DNA from: Eledone cirrhosa
Lineage: Eukaryota
DNA: 64,000 bases
Assembly: GCA_964016885.1 (NCBI GenBank)
Contig: OZ024742.1
Span: 309,628,001 to 309,692,000 of the forward strand
Reading direction: 5' to 3'
The notes beneath the pieces were generated by a model. That model was not told where the DNA came from and did not search any database. It saw only the letters and a program-made list of their open reading frames with translations. Position 1 is the stretch's first letter, and each line of letters begins with the position of its first letter. A program made the position numbers and the translations under genes. Shown here in pieces: positions 1 through 14,395 of this stretch.

Positions 1-1900
1 CAAATAAAAAAACGGAACCATACAATAAAAACGGATACCCCCAAATAAAAAACGGACCCGCCCAAATAAAAAACCGATCCCTCCCAAATAAAAAACGGAC
101 TCTCCCAAAATAAAAAAGCGGAACCATTCAATAAAAAAGGGTCCCTCCCAAAAAACGGACCCCCCCCCCCCAAATGGAAAACGGACCCATCCAATAAAAA
201 ACGAATTCCCCCCAAAATAAAAAACTGATTTCCTCCCAAATAAAAAACGGAACCATCCAATAAAAAACCGATCCGTCCCAAATAAAAAACAGACCCTCCC
301 AAATAAAAAACGGATCCATCTAATAAAAACGCCCCCCCCCCCCCCCCAACAAAAAATGGATCCCCCCCAAATAAAAAAACGGAACCATACAATAAAAACG
401 GATACCCCCCAAATAAAAAACGGGACCCGCCCAAATAAAAAACCGATCCCTCCCAAATAAAAAACGGACTCTCCCAAATAAAAAACGGATCCCCCCAAAT
501 AAAAACGGAACCATCCAATAAAAAACCGATCCCTCCATAAAAAGAGAAACCCATCCAATAAAAACGGACCCCCCCCAATAAAAAAATGGACCCCAAAATA
601 AAAAACGGATCCCCCCAAATAAAAAACGGATCCATCTAATAAAAAACGGATCCCCTCAAATTTAAAACGGAACCCCCAAATAAAAAATGGATCGCCCCCA
701 AATAAAAAAACGGATCCCCCCAAATAAAAAACGGACCCCCCCCCCAAAAAAAACCGACGCCCAAATAAAAAACGGATCAATCCAATAAAAAACGGATCCC
801 TCCCCCCAAATAAAAAATGAATCGCCCCCAAATAAAAAACGGACCCCTCCCCCCAAAAACGCCCGACGCCCCAAATAAAAAACGGATCCATCCAATAAAA
901 AACGGATCCCCCCCAAATAAAAAAATGGAACCCCGAAAAAAAAATGGATCACCCCCAAATAAAAAAACGAACCCATCCAATAAAAAATGGATCCCCCCCC
1001 AAATAAAAAATGGAACCTCGAAAAAAAATGGATCCCCCTCCAAAATAAACGCCCCCTCCCCCCAAAAAACGACACATCCAAATAAAAAATGGAACCCCCC
1101 CAAAAAATGGACTCACCCAAAATAAAAAACAGATCCCCTAAATAAAAACGGACCCCCCCAATAAAAAACGGATCCATCCAATAAAAAACGGATCCTCCTC
1201 CAAATAAAAAACGGACCCCATCCAATAAAAAACAGATCCCCTCCCCCCAAAAATGGACACGCCCAAATAAAAGATGAAACCCGAAATAAAAAACAGATCA
1301 CCCAAATAAAAAATGGATCCCCCCAAATACAAAATGGATCCCTCCTAAATAAAAAACGGGTCCTCCCCCCAACAAAACGGATCCCCCACAAATAAAAAAT
1401 GGATCCCTCCCAAATAAAAACCGGATGGCCCCATAATAAAAAACGGACCCCTCCAAAATAAAAGATGGATACCTGAAATAAAAAACTGATCCCCAAATAA
1501 AAAACGTACCCATCTAATAAAAAACGGATCCCTCCAAATAAAAAACGGACCCCCCCCCCCAAAAAAAAACGGACACCCCCAAATAAAAGATGGAACCCCG
1601 AAAATAAACGTACCCCTCCAAAATAAAAGATGGATACCTGAAATAAAAAACTGATCCCCCGAATAAAAAACGGACCCCCCATAATAAAAAACGGACCCTC
1701 CCAAATAAAAAACGGATCCCCCCCATATAATAAACGGTCCCCCCAAATAAAAAACTGACCCCCAAATAAAAAAAGATCCCCCATATAAAAAATGGATCAC
1801 CCCATATAAAAAATGGATCCCCCCAAATAAAAGACGGACCCCTCAAATGAAAAATCGCCATCCTCCAATAAAAAAATCGATTCCCGAAATAAAAAATGCC
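1..1900. repeat. Degenerate ~20-23 bp tandem satellite (consensus ~CCCCCCAAATAAAAAACGGAT)
   Basis: Continuous array of CCCAAATAAAAAACGGA(T/C) units with variable homopolymer lengths, running off the window start. It explains all the F/G/W-rich ORFs here. Confidence 0.95.
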
Positions 1901-2094
1901 CCCCCCCCCCGCCATATATGGGGGGTGGGGGTGGGGTCCGTTTTTTATTTAGGGGGGGAGCCATCTTTATGAAACATTCAATGGAAGAGCAACGACAGTA
2001 CCTCTGTATGAGCACATGGCCTACTAGAAATAATAGCCACATCTCCCTCAAATCATGCTTCTGAACAATTCTGAACAAAAGGCACATTGGATAA

Positions 2095-2573
2095 TCTTAA
2101 CTATAATAAAGAAAGGAGTGCTGGACTGCATCCAGAATATATTTTTTTTACCCCGTTTGTAAAATAAGTTGGATTACTTTGAATAAATAATGAATGAATA
2201 TTACATAATTTATCTACTAAATTTCGTGGCTGTTGATTAAATATATTTTATAGCTTATTTAAAGATTCACTTCTTTAAAATTGTCAAATGTCAACACTTT
2301 CGGTTAGCGGCCGTTATATTATAACACTTATAATCGCATATATTTCCGTCGCTAATTTTCTCCTAATGCAGTTTATATATAATATCGTCTTTTTTTAATG
2401 TATCAGGAATTACGTTACTGATTACAGAAGACAGTGTAATACAGTCTTCGTTCAATTTCTGTGTATATTGTCAATTACGATTTTATTTACATGCATATAT
2501 ATTTGTGTATAATATCAATATACACACTACACATGTTAACAGAAATCCACCCGAAGGGTGGTTTTTCTGCTAG
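2095..2573 (+). mobile_element. Non-autonomous Helitron, apparently full length
   Basis: 5' TC (tcttaactataataaag), 3' hairpin ccaccc-gaa-gggtgg then CTAG, inserted between A and T with no TSD. Excision restores ggataa|tgta of the host repeat. Confidence 0.75.
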
Positions 2574-2796
2574 TGTACACAATTCCTGAAAAAAGATAGG
2601 ATGCTTACAGCTGGAACACCTTTGATTATAGGTTTGCTTAGTCGGGGATGACTTCGGGTTAACACAACAATAACAACTTACGGTTCTTTGTGGCGTTCAT
2701 TACGTCCATTTTGGCCAGAAAACCATTTTGTTTTGATGTAATGTGTATCTTACTGTCGGTTATGTGATTCTAGAAGTTATTATTGCGGCCGACAAG

Positions 2797-3237
2797 GGCG
2801 CTGGAATGGCAGTATCGGTAGAGCATCGGACAACATGTTTTTGCGTTCTGGGTTCAAATCCTACTAAGGTTAGCTTTGCCTTTCATCTTTATGAAGTCGA
2901 TAAAATAAATTACCAGTAACACACTGGGTTGATTTAATCGACTTACCACTCACCTAGAATTGTTGGCCTTGTGTCTAAATCAGAAACCATTGTGGATTGG
3001 CAGTATCGGTAGAGAGTCGGACGTCATGCTTTGACGCATAGAGTTACGGCCCTTGCCATTCTGAGTTCAAATCCCGCCGAGGTTAACTTTGCCTTTCATC
3101 CTTACGGGGTCGATAAAATAAAGTACCAGTATTGCACTGGGTAATTGCTGGCCTTGTGCCAATAGTAGAAACAATTATTGATTTAATCGACTTTCCTCTT
3201 CCTTTCAAATTGCTGGCCTTGTGTCTAAATCAGAAAA
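2797..3237 (+). mobile_element. Two tandem copies plus a tail fragment of the young tRNA-derived SINE (Nin/Deu-domain-like)
   Basis: A-box-like tggcagtatcgg, B-box gagttcaaatcc, central gcctttcatcct...ggggtcgataaaataaagtaccagt, tail ctggccttgtg...gaaacaattatt. Confidence 0.85.
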
Positions 3238-3259
3238 AATGATGTTGGCCGACAAACTG

Positions 3260-3742
3260 TACACAACAGTACTGTGACTGTAGAGCAGAAGTTGTTAGAT
3301 AGGTAACAACAGTACTGTGACTGTAGAGCAGAAGTTGTTAGATAGGTACACAACAGTACTGTGACTGTAGAGCAGAAGTTGTTAGATAGGTAACAACAGT
3401 ACTGTGACTGTAGAGCAGAAGTTGTTAGATAGGTACACAACAGTACTGTGACTGTAGAGCAGAAGTTGTTAGATAGGTAACAACAGTACTGTGACTGTAG
3501 AGCAGAAGTTGTTAGATAGGTACACAACAGTACTGTGACTGTAGAGCAGAAGTTGTTAGATAGGTAACAACAGTACTGTGACTGTAGAGCAGAAGTTGTT
3601 AGATAGGTAACAACAATACTGTGACTGTAGAGCAGAAGTTGTTAGATAGGTAACAACAATACTGTGACTGTAGAGCAGAAGTTGTTAGATAGGTAACAAC
3701 AGTACTGTGACTGTAGAGCAGAAGTTGTTAGATAGGTAACAA
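3260..3742. repeat. 43/44-bp minisatellite, ~11 units, with an 87-bp higher-order dimer
   Basis: Unit acaacagtactgtgactgtagagcagaagttgttagataggta, alternating with and without an extra C in the first half. Confidence 0.95.
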
Positions 3743-4354
3743 CAATAATAACTAGAATAACAACTATAACAGTAATAAGAATAACAACAATAACAACGAC
3801 AACAACAGCAGCAGCAACAACAGTAACAATAACAACAATAATCATAATAACAGTAATGATTTCATTTATTGGCCACAAGGGCCGACATGTAGGGGACAAT
3901 ACAATAACAGTAATAACATCAACGACAGCAACGACAATAAAAAACCCTACAGTAATAACAACAACAATAACAACGGCAGCAGCAGCAGCAACAATAACAA
4001 CAGCTGTCAGAACAACAACAACAACAGTAATAACAACAACAGTAATAACAACAACAGTAATAACAACCACAGCAACAATAACAACAAAAATAATAACAGT
4101 TGTAACAACAACAACAACAACAACAACAGCAATAACAATAACAGTAATAACAACATCAGCAATAACATCAACAACAGCAGTAACAACAACGACAGCAACA
4201 ATAAAACAAAAACAGCAACAGTAATAACAACAACAATAACAATGGCAACAACAACAGCAACAATAACAACAACAACAGCAATAACAACTGTAATAACAAC
4301 ATCAGCAATAATATCAACAACAGGAGTAACAACGACAGCAACAATAAAGCAAAA

Positions 4355-4407
<53 letters not shown>

Positions 4408-4465
4408 GCATGAGCAGCATCATCAGCAGCATCAGCATCAGCATCAGCATCAGCAGCAGCAGAAA
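3743..4465. repeat. Degenerate (AAC/AAT/AGC)n trinucleotide array
   Basis: Direct reading; pure (AAC)n at ~4355-4405. Confidence 0.9.
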
Positions 4466-4738
4466 ACAACAAATAAACAGAGAAGAGAAGAGAGGTTGGC
4501 CTTGAATTCAATTTAAAAGACATTTGTTGGTGATACCTCCCGTTAGTTTATATGTCACGTACACATGCAGTCGTATGCATGCAGTCTGTGTCGTTGTTGT
4601 TGTTGTGATTGTTATCTTTGTTCTTGCTGTGATTGTTATTTTTATTACTGCTGCTGCTGTTGTTGTTACTGTTGTTATTGTTTGTCTTCATCATGTCCGC
4701 GTCCCACTATTGTTTCTGTCGCCCTTGTGGCAAATAAT

Positions 4739-4957
4739 GGTTTCTTATATAGGCACGAGGCCAGCAATTCCGGGGGAAGGAGGAAAATCGATTAAATCGA
4801 CCCCAGTGCGTGACTAGTACTTTATTTTATCGACCCCGTAAGGATTGAAAGGCAAAGTTAACCTTGGCGGGATTTGAACTCAGATTATAAAGGGCCGTAA
4901 CTCTATGCTTGCAAAACATGGCATCCGACCCTCTACCGATACTGCCAATCCACTGCC
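4739..4957 (-). mobile_element. Young SINE, long variant, with ~16-bp TSD
   Basis: Reverse complement of the SINE consensus; flanks ccttgtggcaaataat (4723-4738) and ccttatggcaaataat (4960-4975). Confidence 0.85.
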
Positions 4958-5019
4958 CTCCTTATGGCAAATAATAAAATGATTAATATTATTATTGTTG
5001 TTATGCTTTGCGGCATCAT

Positions 5020-5218
5020 GGGGAAATGTCATTTACCATAATCTCGGGCTGACCTATTCCTTGTGAATGAATTGAGTAGACGGAAACTTTTTTTCGGAAT
5101 TATAATAAGTATACACGTGTCTGTGCAATGATCAGCCACTTCACGTGAATTTTTTGAGCAGGTAGTTCCGTTGATCGAACAACTGGAACACTCATCGTCG
5201 AAACTGATGGACGTCCTT
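5020..5218 (+). mobile_element. Fragment of another dispersed SINE-like family
   Basis: Motif gttgatcgaacaactggaacactc recurs at ~6084, ~13487 and reversed at ~14680. Confidence 0.55.
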
Positions 5219-5320
5219 TCCAGTGTTTCGTATATATATATTCGTTGAGTAGAGTATTTCCATTGTGATTTACATTATTTTGTTGGGTGATGTTTGTAAT
5301 TACCCAGGCAATAAATGCAT

Positions 5321-5693
<373 letters not shown>

Positions 5694-5809
5694 AGGGTGA
5701 TATATCTGTGTGTTGCCAAGGTCACAGATGCCGTCATAGTTTCACCCAAAGAGAAGTAAGCGGCAGCTCTTGCAGATATTTGTAACGAAACGTCCTTCAT
5801 TGAGAGAGG

Positions 5810-6080
5810 TATATGATATAGCAAAATATATGATATACCATATAATATGTGATATAACACAAAATATGCTATATCACAATATATGATATATCATATAATA
5901 TGTGATATAACACAAAATATGCTATATCACACTATATGATATATCACAATATATGACTATTTACAATATATGATATGTTAAAATATATGATATAACACAA
6001 TATCTGATATAACGTAGTATATGATGTAGCACAATATATGATATACAACAATATAATATACAGCACAATATATGATATAT
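5810..6080. repeat. Degenerate AT-rich tandem repeat (atatgat-based) with ~58-bp duplication
   Basis: catataatatgtgatataacacaaaatatgctatatcaca occurs twice. Confidence 0.75.
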
Positions 6081-6894
6081 TACGTTGATCGAACAACTGG
6101 AACACTCGTCTTTGAAACCGACGGAGCTCCATCAATTTGTAAATGTTTCACGAACCTCCTTGGACAGTTTCAAAGGTGGGTTACCCTGAATATGGTGATT
6201 AGAGTAAAATCGATATAGTTCAACAAAGAAATAGCGATTGTATTAGAAGGCGATGAAATTAGAAGAAGAAGTGATTAGAGTACAATCGATAGAGTTTAAC
6301 AAATAAATATCGATTGTATCAGAGAGTAATCAAATTAGACGAAGCAATTAGGAAAGATTCTCGCCTATTTCTTCAACGAAAAACACTAATTTTGCGTTGT
6401 TAGATCTAAGTCAAGTCTTCACAAATACGAGGGAACGAGAGCCATTCGATGGGTCCGGGTGGCGGAAACGCGACTTGGCAACGAAACCACATTTTGGTTT
6501 TTATCGAACCCAGAAGGGTGTGTGCCATTCGATTCCAGGCATATGTGTACAACTGTCAAGTGGAACTTTACTTAGTTGTTTAGGGCAAGTGATGTCGATG
6601 ATGAATCGGAGACGGTAGAGACTTTTAAAGGCCATTCGACGGCAGACTACAGATCTCAGTAAAAAACATGAAGTGTTGAGAAAGGTCAATAGCAACAGTT
6701 ATCGGTTGGCAGCAAGTGGTTGTGAGAGTGTAAATCGTTTGATTTGGATGGTCTACTCTACTCACCGATGTCTTTGTAGACGTCCACAACATCTGATAGC
6801 AAAACGGGAGAATTTCCAGTTCTGTGAATATAGGAAGGACAGCCTTGCTGCAGAAGGACACGAAAAGTGGGGTAAGTTATTGATAATATATATA

Positions 6895-7082
6895 TAATTG
6901 TTTCTACTTTTGGCACAAGGCCAGTAATTATCCCAGTGCATTACTGGTACTTTATTTTATCGACCCCGTAAGGATGAAAGGCAAAGTTAACCTTGGCGGG
7001 ATTTGAACTCAGAATGGCAAGGGCTGTAACTCTATGCGTCAAAGCATGGCGACCGACCCTCTACCGATACTGCCAATCCACC
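6895..7082 (-). mobile_element. Young SINE, short variant
   Basis: Reverse complement of the consensus. Confidence 0.88.
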
Positions 7083-7199
7083 TGGCTGCGAGAAATAACA
7101 GCCACGTCTACCATCATTTCCAAAGAAAAAAATCGAAATAAGCCTTATCGTACACATAACACAACAATAGCAAAAGATATTGTAGAGGAAGTCAGACAT

Positions 7200-7447
7200 G
7201 AGAAAAAAAGAAAAAAAGAAAAAAAGAAAAAAAGAAAAAAAGAAAAAAAGAAAAAAGAAAAGAAGAAAAAAGAAAAAAAAGAAAAAAAGAAAAAAAAGAA
7301 AAAAAGAAAAAAAGAAAAAAAGAAAAAAGCAAAAAAAGCAAAAAAAGCAAAAAAAGCAAAAAAGCAAAAAAGAAAAAAAGCAAAAAAGCAAAAAAGAAAA
7401 AAAGAAAAAAAGAAAAAAAGCAAAAAAAGCAAAAAAAAAAGCAAAAT
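7200..7447. repeat. A-rich (AAAAAAAG/AAAAAAGC)n repeat
   Basis: Direct reading; source of the poly-K ORFs. Confidence 0.92.
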
Positions 7448-9230
7448 AAGAAAGAAAATTAATGAAGTTTCTAATTCAAGGCTTCTAGTATGAACAATTC
7501 TAGCATTTTTTTAGTAACAATAACAACAACATTATTTTCGCATACACACGTCAAGTGAAAATGTGAAGGGAAATATTTTTGAAATTGACATGTATGATAG
7601 ACAAAACTGGACGTGACTAAACCCACGTAGGAGCAGGTTGTCTGTTAAAAGTATGAGAGGTGAGACAGTCTTTCCTTCCCTGAAGGGTAGTAGTGGGCGC
7701 AACATGGCCAAATAGTTAAGAAGATCACTTCGTAATCATTAGATCTGGAGTTCGATCTCACTGCGTGGCATCTTCGGCAAGTGTTGCAGTGTGGGTGGGT
7801 GATCAGAGCAGAAGAAACGAGAGAAGATATTTAGGTGGGTGGGGGTCTAGATGGATTTACAAGTCCTAATGACTTCTGAAGACCACAAAAATATATCGGA
7901 GATGTGCCCAGTTCAGGGAACAGGAAGAAAGGGCATGAGACTCATGGTGCAGGGCCAAAATCGCAGTCTCTATAACTGTAGTAGTGTAGTATAACTATTG
8001 TATGAGGCACTTGAAGGCCGCTTAACCCGAAGAGCTGGAAAAGTCATAGCCTCGAAAGTTGTAATTCAAGTAGCATCATCACTCTCATCACCTTTTGAAG
8101 TTCTGAGGATGATCCGAAGACCTGCCTCACGCCCGGTTCCAGGCGCGAACGATAACGACACATCCTTTCAGCAACAGTAACCTGTCATCTTGTTGTAAAG
8201 ACTAAGAACTGGAGGAAGTGGAAGAAGGGCAAACTTCCTGAGAGAGTGTCGAAGGCAAAAACGAAAGCAAAGAAGAAAAATGAACCAAAGGAGAAGATAA
8301 ACAAAAATAGTCAAGGACTTACGGTACCAACACGGTCTTCTCAGTACTTTGCATAGAAACCAAACACCTAATGGAAGATCTAAATGGCATACAAATAATT
8401 TGAAACATGCAGACTGCAGATGTGTGAAGAGATGTCATCCAACTATGTGGAGCAAGTAAGACATAAACTTCGTAAAATTAAGATTTTGCTAATCACTCAT
8501 ACTGTACTTAAATCACATGCAAGACATGGGTCCTTTCTTGCACGCCCGACACTCGAACTGTACTGAGGTATAATTGACTATATACACCTCTGTGACGTTG
8601 TGTTTATGTTAAAAATCATTATGAGTCCCATATGTGACCTGATTTCGGCGAATGAGCCTTTATTTGCTAGAATTAGCTGTTAGATATCTTCCAACAATCA
8701 TCACATCGTCTTAAGAATGCATAAATATACCGAAAACATTAGTTATGGATTTAATGCACCAACAAAGAAAACGAGATGGTCACGGCTTGATTGTTGGTTG
8801 GACAATGAAACTTCGACATGGTGATGCCCCCCCCCCCCAAAAAAAAAGATACACGTGGTCCAACATTATATGTTGACGAAATAGGAGAGCAACAACTAGA
8901 TACAAAGCAGACTGCGGAATCACTAAAAAGGTAAGATTTACTTCCTAAAACATATCATAGATACAATCAAAGAATAACATATACCAATATTTCACTTACA
9001 TACTCCACATTTCACGAATCATAACAAAACCAATCACGATACCGAAACCATGAAGTAACGCTTATTTTTTTTTTTATCTCAACACCACAGCTCCCTATGG
9101 AATACATTAACACACCTCAGTAATTTACAGATGAAATGAACCGACATAAACATAGCATTAAAAAAATCATCCATTTTACAATCCTTTGACCAGTAACTCC
9201 TGATGAAGTCGTAGGTGCGCCGGCGTGAAA

Positions 9231-9510
9231 TATGGCATTTCTTGGAGACTTTAAACCTGGCGAAACCCATCCCTCTCCAAGCCTGAGCACAACCGATATC
9301 GTCCAGAAAAGGAGAGTGAGAGTGAAAGGGAGGATGTAAAAAAGAGCCGCTGAGGAATAATCGACCTAAGAACTGGACTGGTACTTTGTATATCGACCTC
9401 GAAAGAATGAAAGGCAAAGCTAATCTAGATAGTATTTGAATTCAGAGAGTGCAGAAAGCCGGAACAAATACTGCATAACAGTATCTGATGTTCTAACGAC
9501 TCTGTCATTT
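9231..9510 (-). mobile_element. Older SINE family B (same core, pyrimidine spacer, distinct tail)
   Basis: Homologous to 17100-17397 and 43365-43661. Confidence 0.7.
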
Positions 9511-9999
9511 TCCACCTACATATTAAAATAAGAGCATGGAAAACATCTTTGTGGTATAAACCTAACACAAATGCCCTTTAAAATTCCCCATTTAGCTCAT
9601 ATGTTTGCATTATAAATTTATTATATTATATAATGCATATTTGTGGTACTTTCTTGAGACGTAAAGTTATGGTTCCCGTTTAAGAGGGAACTGGAGAAAC
9701 TCAGCTAAACTTTCAGTACTTGTGTTGACATGTTGCTGTTCAATCATAGCTCAATTCTGATCAAGAAAATCTCTGATCAAAGGCATTTATTTTTAGAAAC
9801 AGTAGACTTAATCTGTCGCCTAATTCAACACTACCAACGGTTTCTTGAGCCTTCTTTGTTGCAAGTATACAGGACAAGGACTCAAATTTGAGGATATCTT
9901 CCATCGGAGGCATTGAAAAAGGTCATGGGAATTGATTAAGCAGCAAAAATAATTTAGATTTATAACACAGGACACAACGATTCTAGTTTTGTATCGCGG

Positions 10000-10505
10000 T
10001 AGAGCTGGTGCCCCAGTAAAATACACCCAGACCATGGTGTAAAGTGGTACTGCTGGTGCCACGATAAAACACACCCAGATCACTCTGCAAAACTCTTCAA
10101 AGTGGTTGTGCTGGGGCCCCACTCTTTAAAGTGGTAATGCTGGTGCTATGATAAAACAAAACAAAACAAAAATACCCAGCTTACTCTGTATGGTAGTAGT
10201 GCTGGTACCTTAATAAAATGCTCCCAGTACACGCTGTAAAGTTATAGTACTGGTATCACGATAAAAAAAGCTTCCAGTACACACTGTAAGGTAGTAGAGC
10301 AGGTACCATGATAAAAAACGCTCTCAAGATACGCTGTAAAATGGTTGGTGTCTTGAAAGACATCCAGCCGTAGAAACCAATACCCACACAGATGGTATGA
10401 GTAAGACATGGTCACCTGGTAAGACTATCCTCAGAGCATGACAACCCGTCAACCCATGCGAACATCGAAAATAGACGTTAACTGGTGATGATTAGGATGA
10501 TGATT
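10000..10505 (+). mobile_element. SINE-like element with internal ~48-bp tandem amplification and RTE-like 3' tail
   Basis: ~7 units of gctggtgccacgataaaacacacccag...; ends catccagccgtagaaacc...aacccatgc...gacgttaa(tgatga). Confidence 0.6.
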
Positions 10506-10974
10506 ACCCAATGTGTTAAGACAATAGTGTCTGATTTGAATGTTTGAGAGAATTTTGACTGCTAATTCTAGCAAATCAAGCGAGCATTTAAAGCTCCTAC
10601 CTTCTCGATGGTTCTGTTCTGTTATTGTTTCAACAACAACAATAAAAAATGGTGGTGGTGATGGCGATATTGTTTGTTGATGGTCCTGATGCTAGTAGTG
10701 TTGGTAGTTTTGTTGTGGGTGATGGTGGCTAACAAGACGATAACAACAAGATTTTGACATTATATTTCAAAAGAAAAAAAATCAGAAGGATATATATCTT
10801 TTTCACACCGCCTTATCTCCCTTATGTTTTACTATTGTCTACATAACTACATAACTACAGCTCCATCCTACCACCCAATCACCCTTCCACTCTTCTACTT
10901 CTTAGATTTTTTTCCTATCTATTTCACTATTTTGTTCAGTATTCTGTTTTAACCCATTTCATATTGTAAAATAC

Positions 10975-12101
<1,127 letters not shown>

Positions 12102-12188
12102 GGTTTGTTGGTTCACCACTGGTCATTCCGTATGATCAACCTCGATGTAATATTATGGTGGTGAGAGTACGGTGTTAATTATTATAAA

Positions 12189-12360
12189 ATAATTGTTTCT
12201 ACTTTAGGCACAAGGCCAGCAATTACCCAGTGTATTACTGGTACTTTATTTTATCGACCCCGTAAGGATGAAAGGCAAAGTCAACCTCGGCGGGATTTGA
12301 ACTCAGATCGTAAAGGGACGTAACTATGCTGGAAAGCATGGCGTCCGACCCTCTACTGAT
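12189..12360 (-). mobile_element. Young SINE, short variant, head truncated
   Basis: Reverse complement of the consensus. Confidence 0.88.
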
Positions 12361-12404
12361 TTATTATATATATATTGGCAACATGACCCTCCCAAAGTAT
12401 AACA

Positions 12405-12488
<84 letters not shown>

Positions 12489-12504
12489 TCGCAATGTCTC
12501 ACAA

Positions 12505-12720
12505 GTGTGGCGAATTCAAATCCGCCCAGATCAACATTGCTTTCCATAGTTTTGAGATCGATAAATACGAGTATAGTAACAGTTCAGCGCTAGACTCAAC
12601 TCTTCATTATCTTTCTTTCTTCTTCTATTTCTCTCTGGAAGAAATCGCCTGTGCTCCGACCTGGAGAAGGATGGGCTCCGCCAGGTTTAAAATGCTCCAA
12701 ACCAGCTGGGTGTTACGACG
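12505..12720 (+). mobile_element. Older SINE family B, partial
   Basis: B-box remnant, CT-rich spacer, then ctggagaaggatgggctccgccaggtttaaaatgc tail. Confidence 0.6.
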
Positions 12721-13635
12721 ACAGTTATGTGTCCTTTTTGTTCTATAATTTCTCGCAAACAGAGCTCTATGTGTTTTGATTCTATTTGTAGTTATTTTAA
12801 TTTTTCAGATTTTCAGTTTGAAGCTAATAAAACTGTAAGATAAAACTGAAATTTCTTTCTCAACCATTGGTCGATAATAGCTTTCTGAATGACATTTGGT
12901 AGTTTCGGACTCTGGGTTGAATACTTTTGTTGTCTCCCTTTATTCTTGGTCGACGTTACCTTCGTTCTCCTACGAGTACTGTAGCCGATATAATTCATGA
13001 ACAACTGTTAAAGGTGGCAGTGCTCTAGCATGACCAAATTTCAGTGACAAAAAGCAGCAAACAAATAAGAAAAAGTTCTTGGTAAGCCAAGACCATGGAC
13101 TCGGTATCAGTCTGAGCCGAGTACCAATCTTCACGTACGTCTGGGATTTATTTCAGAAGAGATTTGAGCAGAGATAATTCAAGACCTCACAAGCTGCTTT
13201 TGTGTTAGTGCATTTTTCTAGGATTTAGTCAGATAGGGAATATCAGCTGAATGAAGAATTCAGAACACACCGAACCGGAAAAAAATACTGCAAGGTATCT
13301 CCCTCAACACTTTAACAATTTCACCTTGTACTACTACCATATTTTATCAACCCCGAGAGAATTAAAAAAAATTGACCTCAGAGAGTCAGGACAAATGCCG
13401 ACTCTGCCAAATATTCTCCGGTATCACCCTAACCATGTTTTCATTGCTAAATAAGGACTAAGTAATTTCCTGAGCAGGCTGTTCTGTTGATCGAACAACT
13501 GGAACACTCAACATCCAAACTGCCTGATGTTCATTTCTTCCTTCCTGGCAGTTATTAGAATGAAGAAGATCAGTTATTAACAGATATCACTGAACTGCAG
13601 AGTGAAATTGAGAATAACATATTTAATAAGAATGA

Positions 13636-13840
13636 CTACGGGCAAAACTAACCGGCAGGAGACCCAGAGGTAGATCCCGATCAAGATGGTTGGATAACAT
13701 CCATGAGCTTGGCTGGTCACGCTTGGGGATCCAGCCAGATCATTTGGAGACGGTGGCTTCTGACAGGACCCGCTGGAAGGAGTGTTTGAGGATTCTGCTC
13801 CCACGACCCTCTCAGGAATAAGTGGGCGAAGAAGAGGAAG
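13636..13840 (+). mobile_element. RTE-clade LINE 3' end fragment
   Basis: Highly similar to 41476-41680; ends ggaataagtgggcgaagaag. Confidence 0.8.
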
Positions 13841-14265
13841 GAAGGACGGAAAGAAGACGTGAAATGAGAAGCTCAGAGTAACAGGAATGTTAATATTTGT
13901 TACTGGTAAAAAGGATTTAACTGCAAAGTTCAGTTGGTAAAGATGTAGACGGTTTTGATGCAGCTAACCGTAGCATACTCTGCTCATTGGGAATGTGAAC
14001 ATGTGGGATAAATGTAGTTAAATTTGTTGGCATTGTGTAGCATAAGGTTACCCCAGACTGTATACCTTTAATAGAAAACGTCCCAACTGTTACCATATTG
14101 TTGTTTATTTATTTATTTAATCAATTTAAACGTCCGTATAGCTATGCAGTGAAATTCCGTTATAACGAAATTGACGGGGTATAAAAAATTCGTTGTAACG
14201 AAAAGTTCTTGATAAAGAGATCGACCGAAACAAATCGAGTGTTTGTTATCACCTCGGGGATTAAA

Positions 14266-14395
<130 letters not shown>

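Noticed and set aside
128-1915. Stack of overlapping hydrophobic ORFs
   Set aside because: Translation of the satellite.
3260-3742. CRISPR-like regular repeats (also 36650-37382)
   Set aside because: No unique spacers, head-to-tail units, no cas genes, eukaryotic context.
6400-6870. Tc1/mariner transposase remnant or host exon ending at gtaag
   Set aside because: Similarity is limited to a weak PIEW-like stretch; no reliable frame or splice acceptor.
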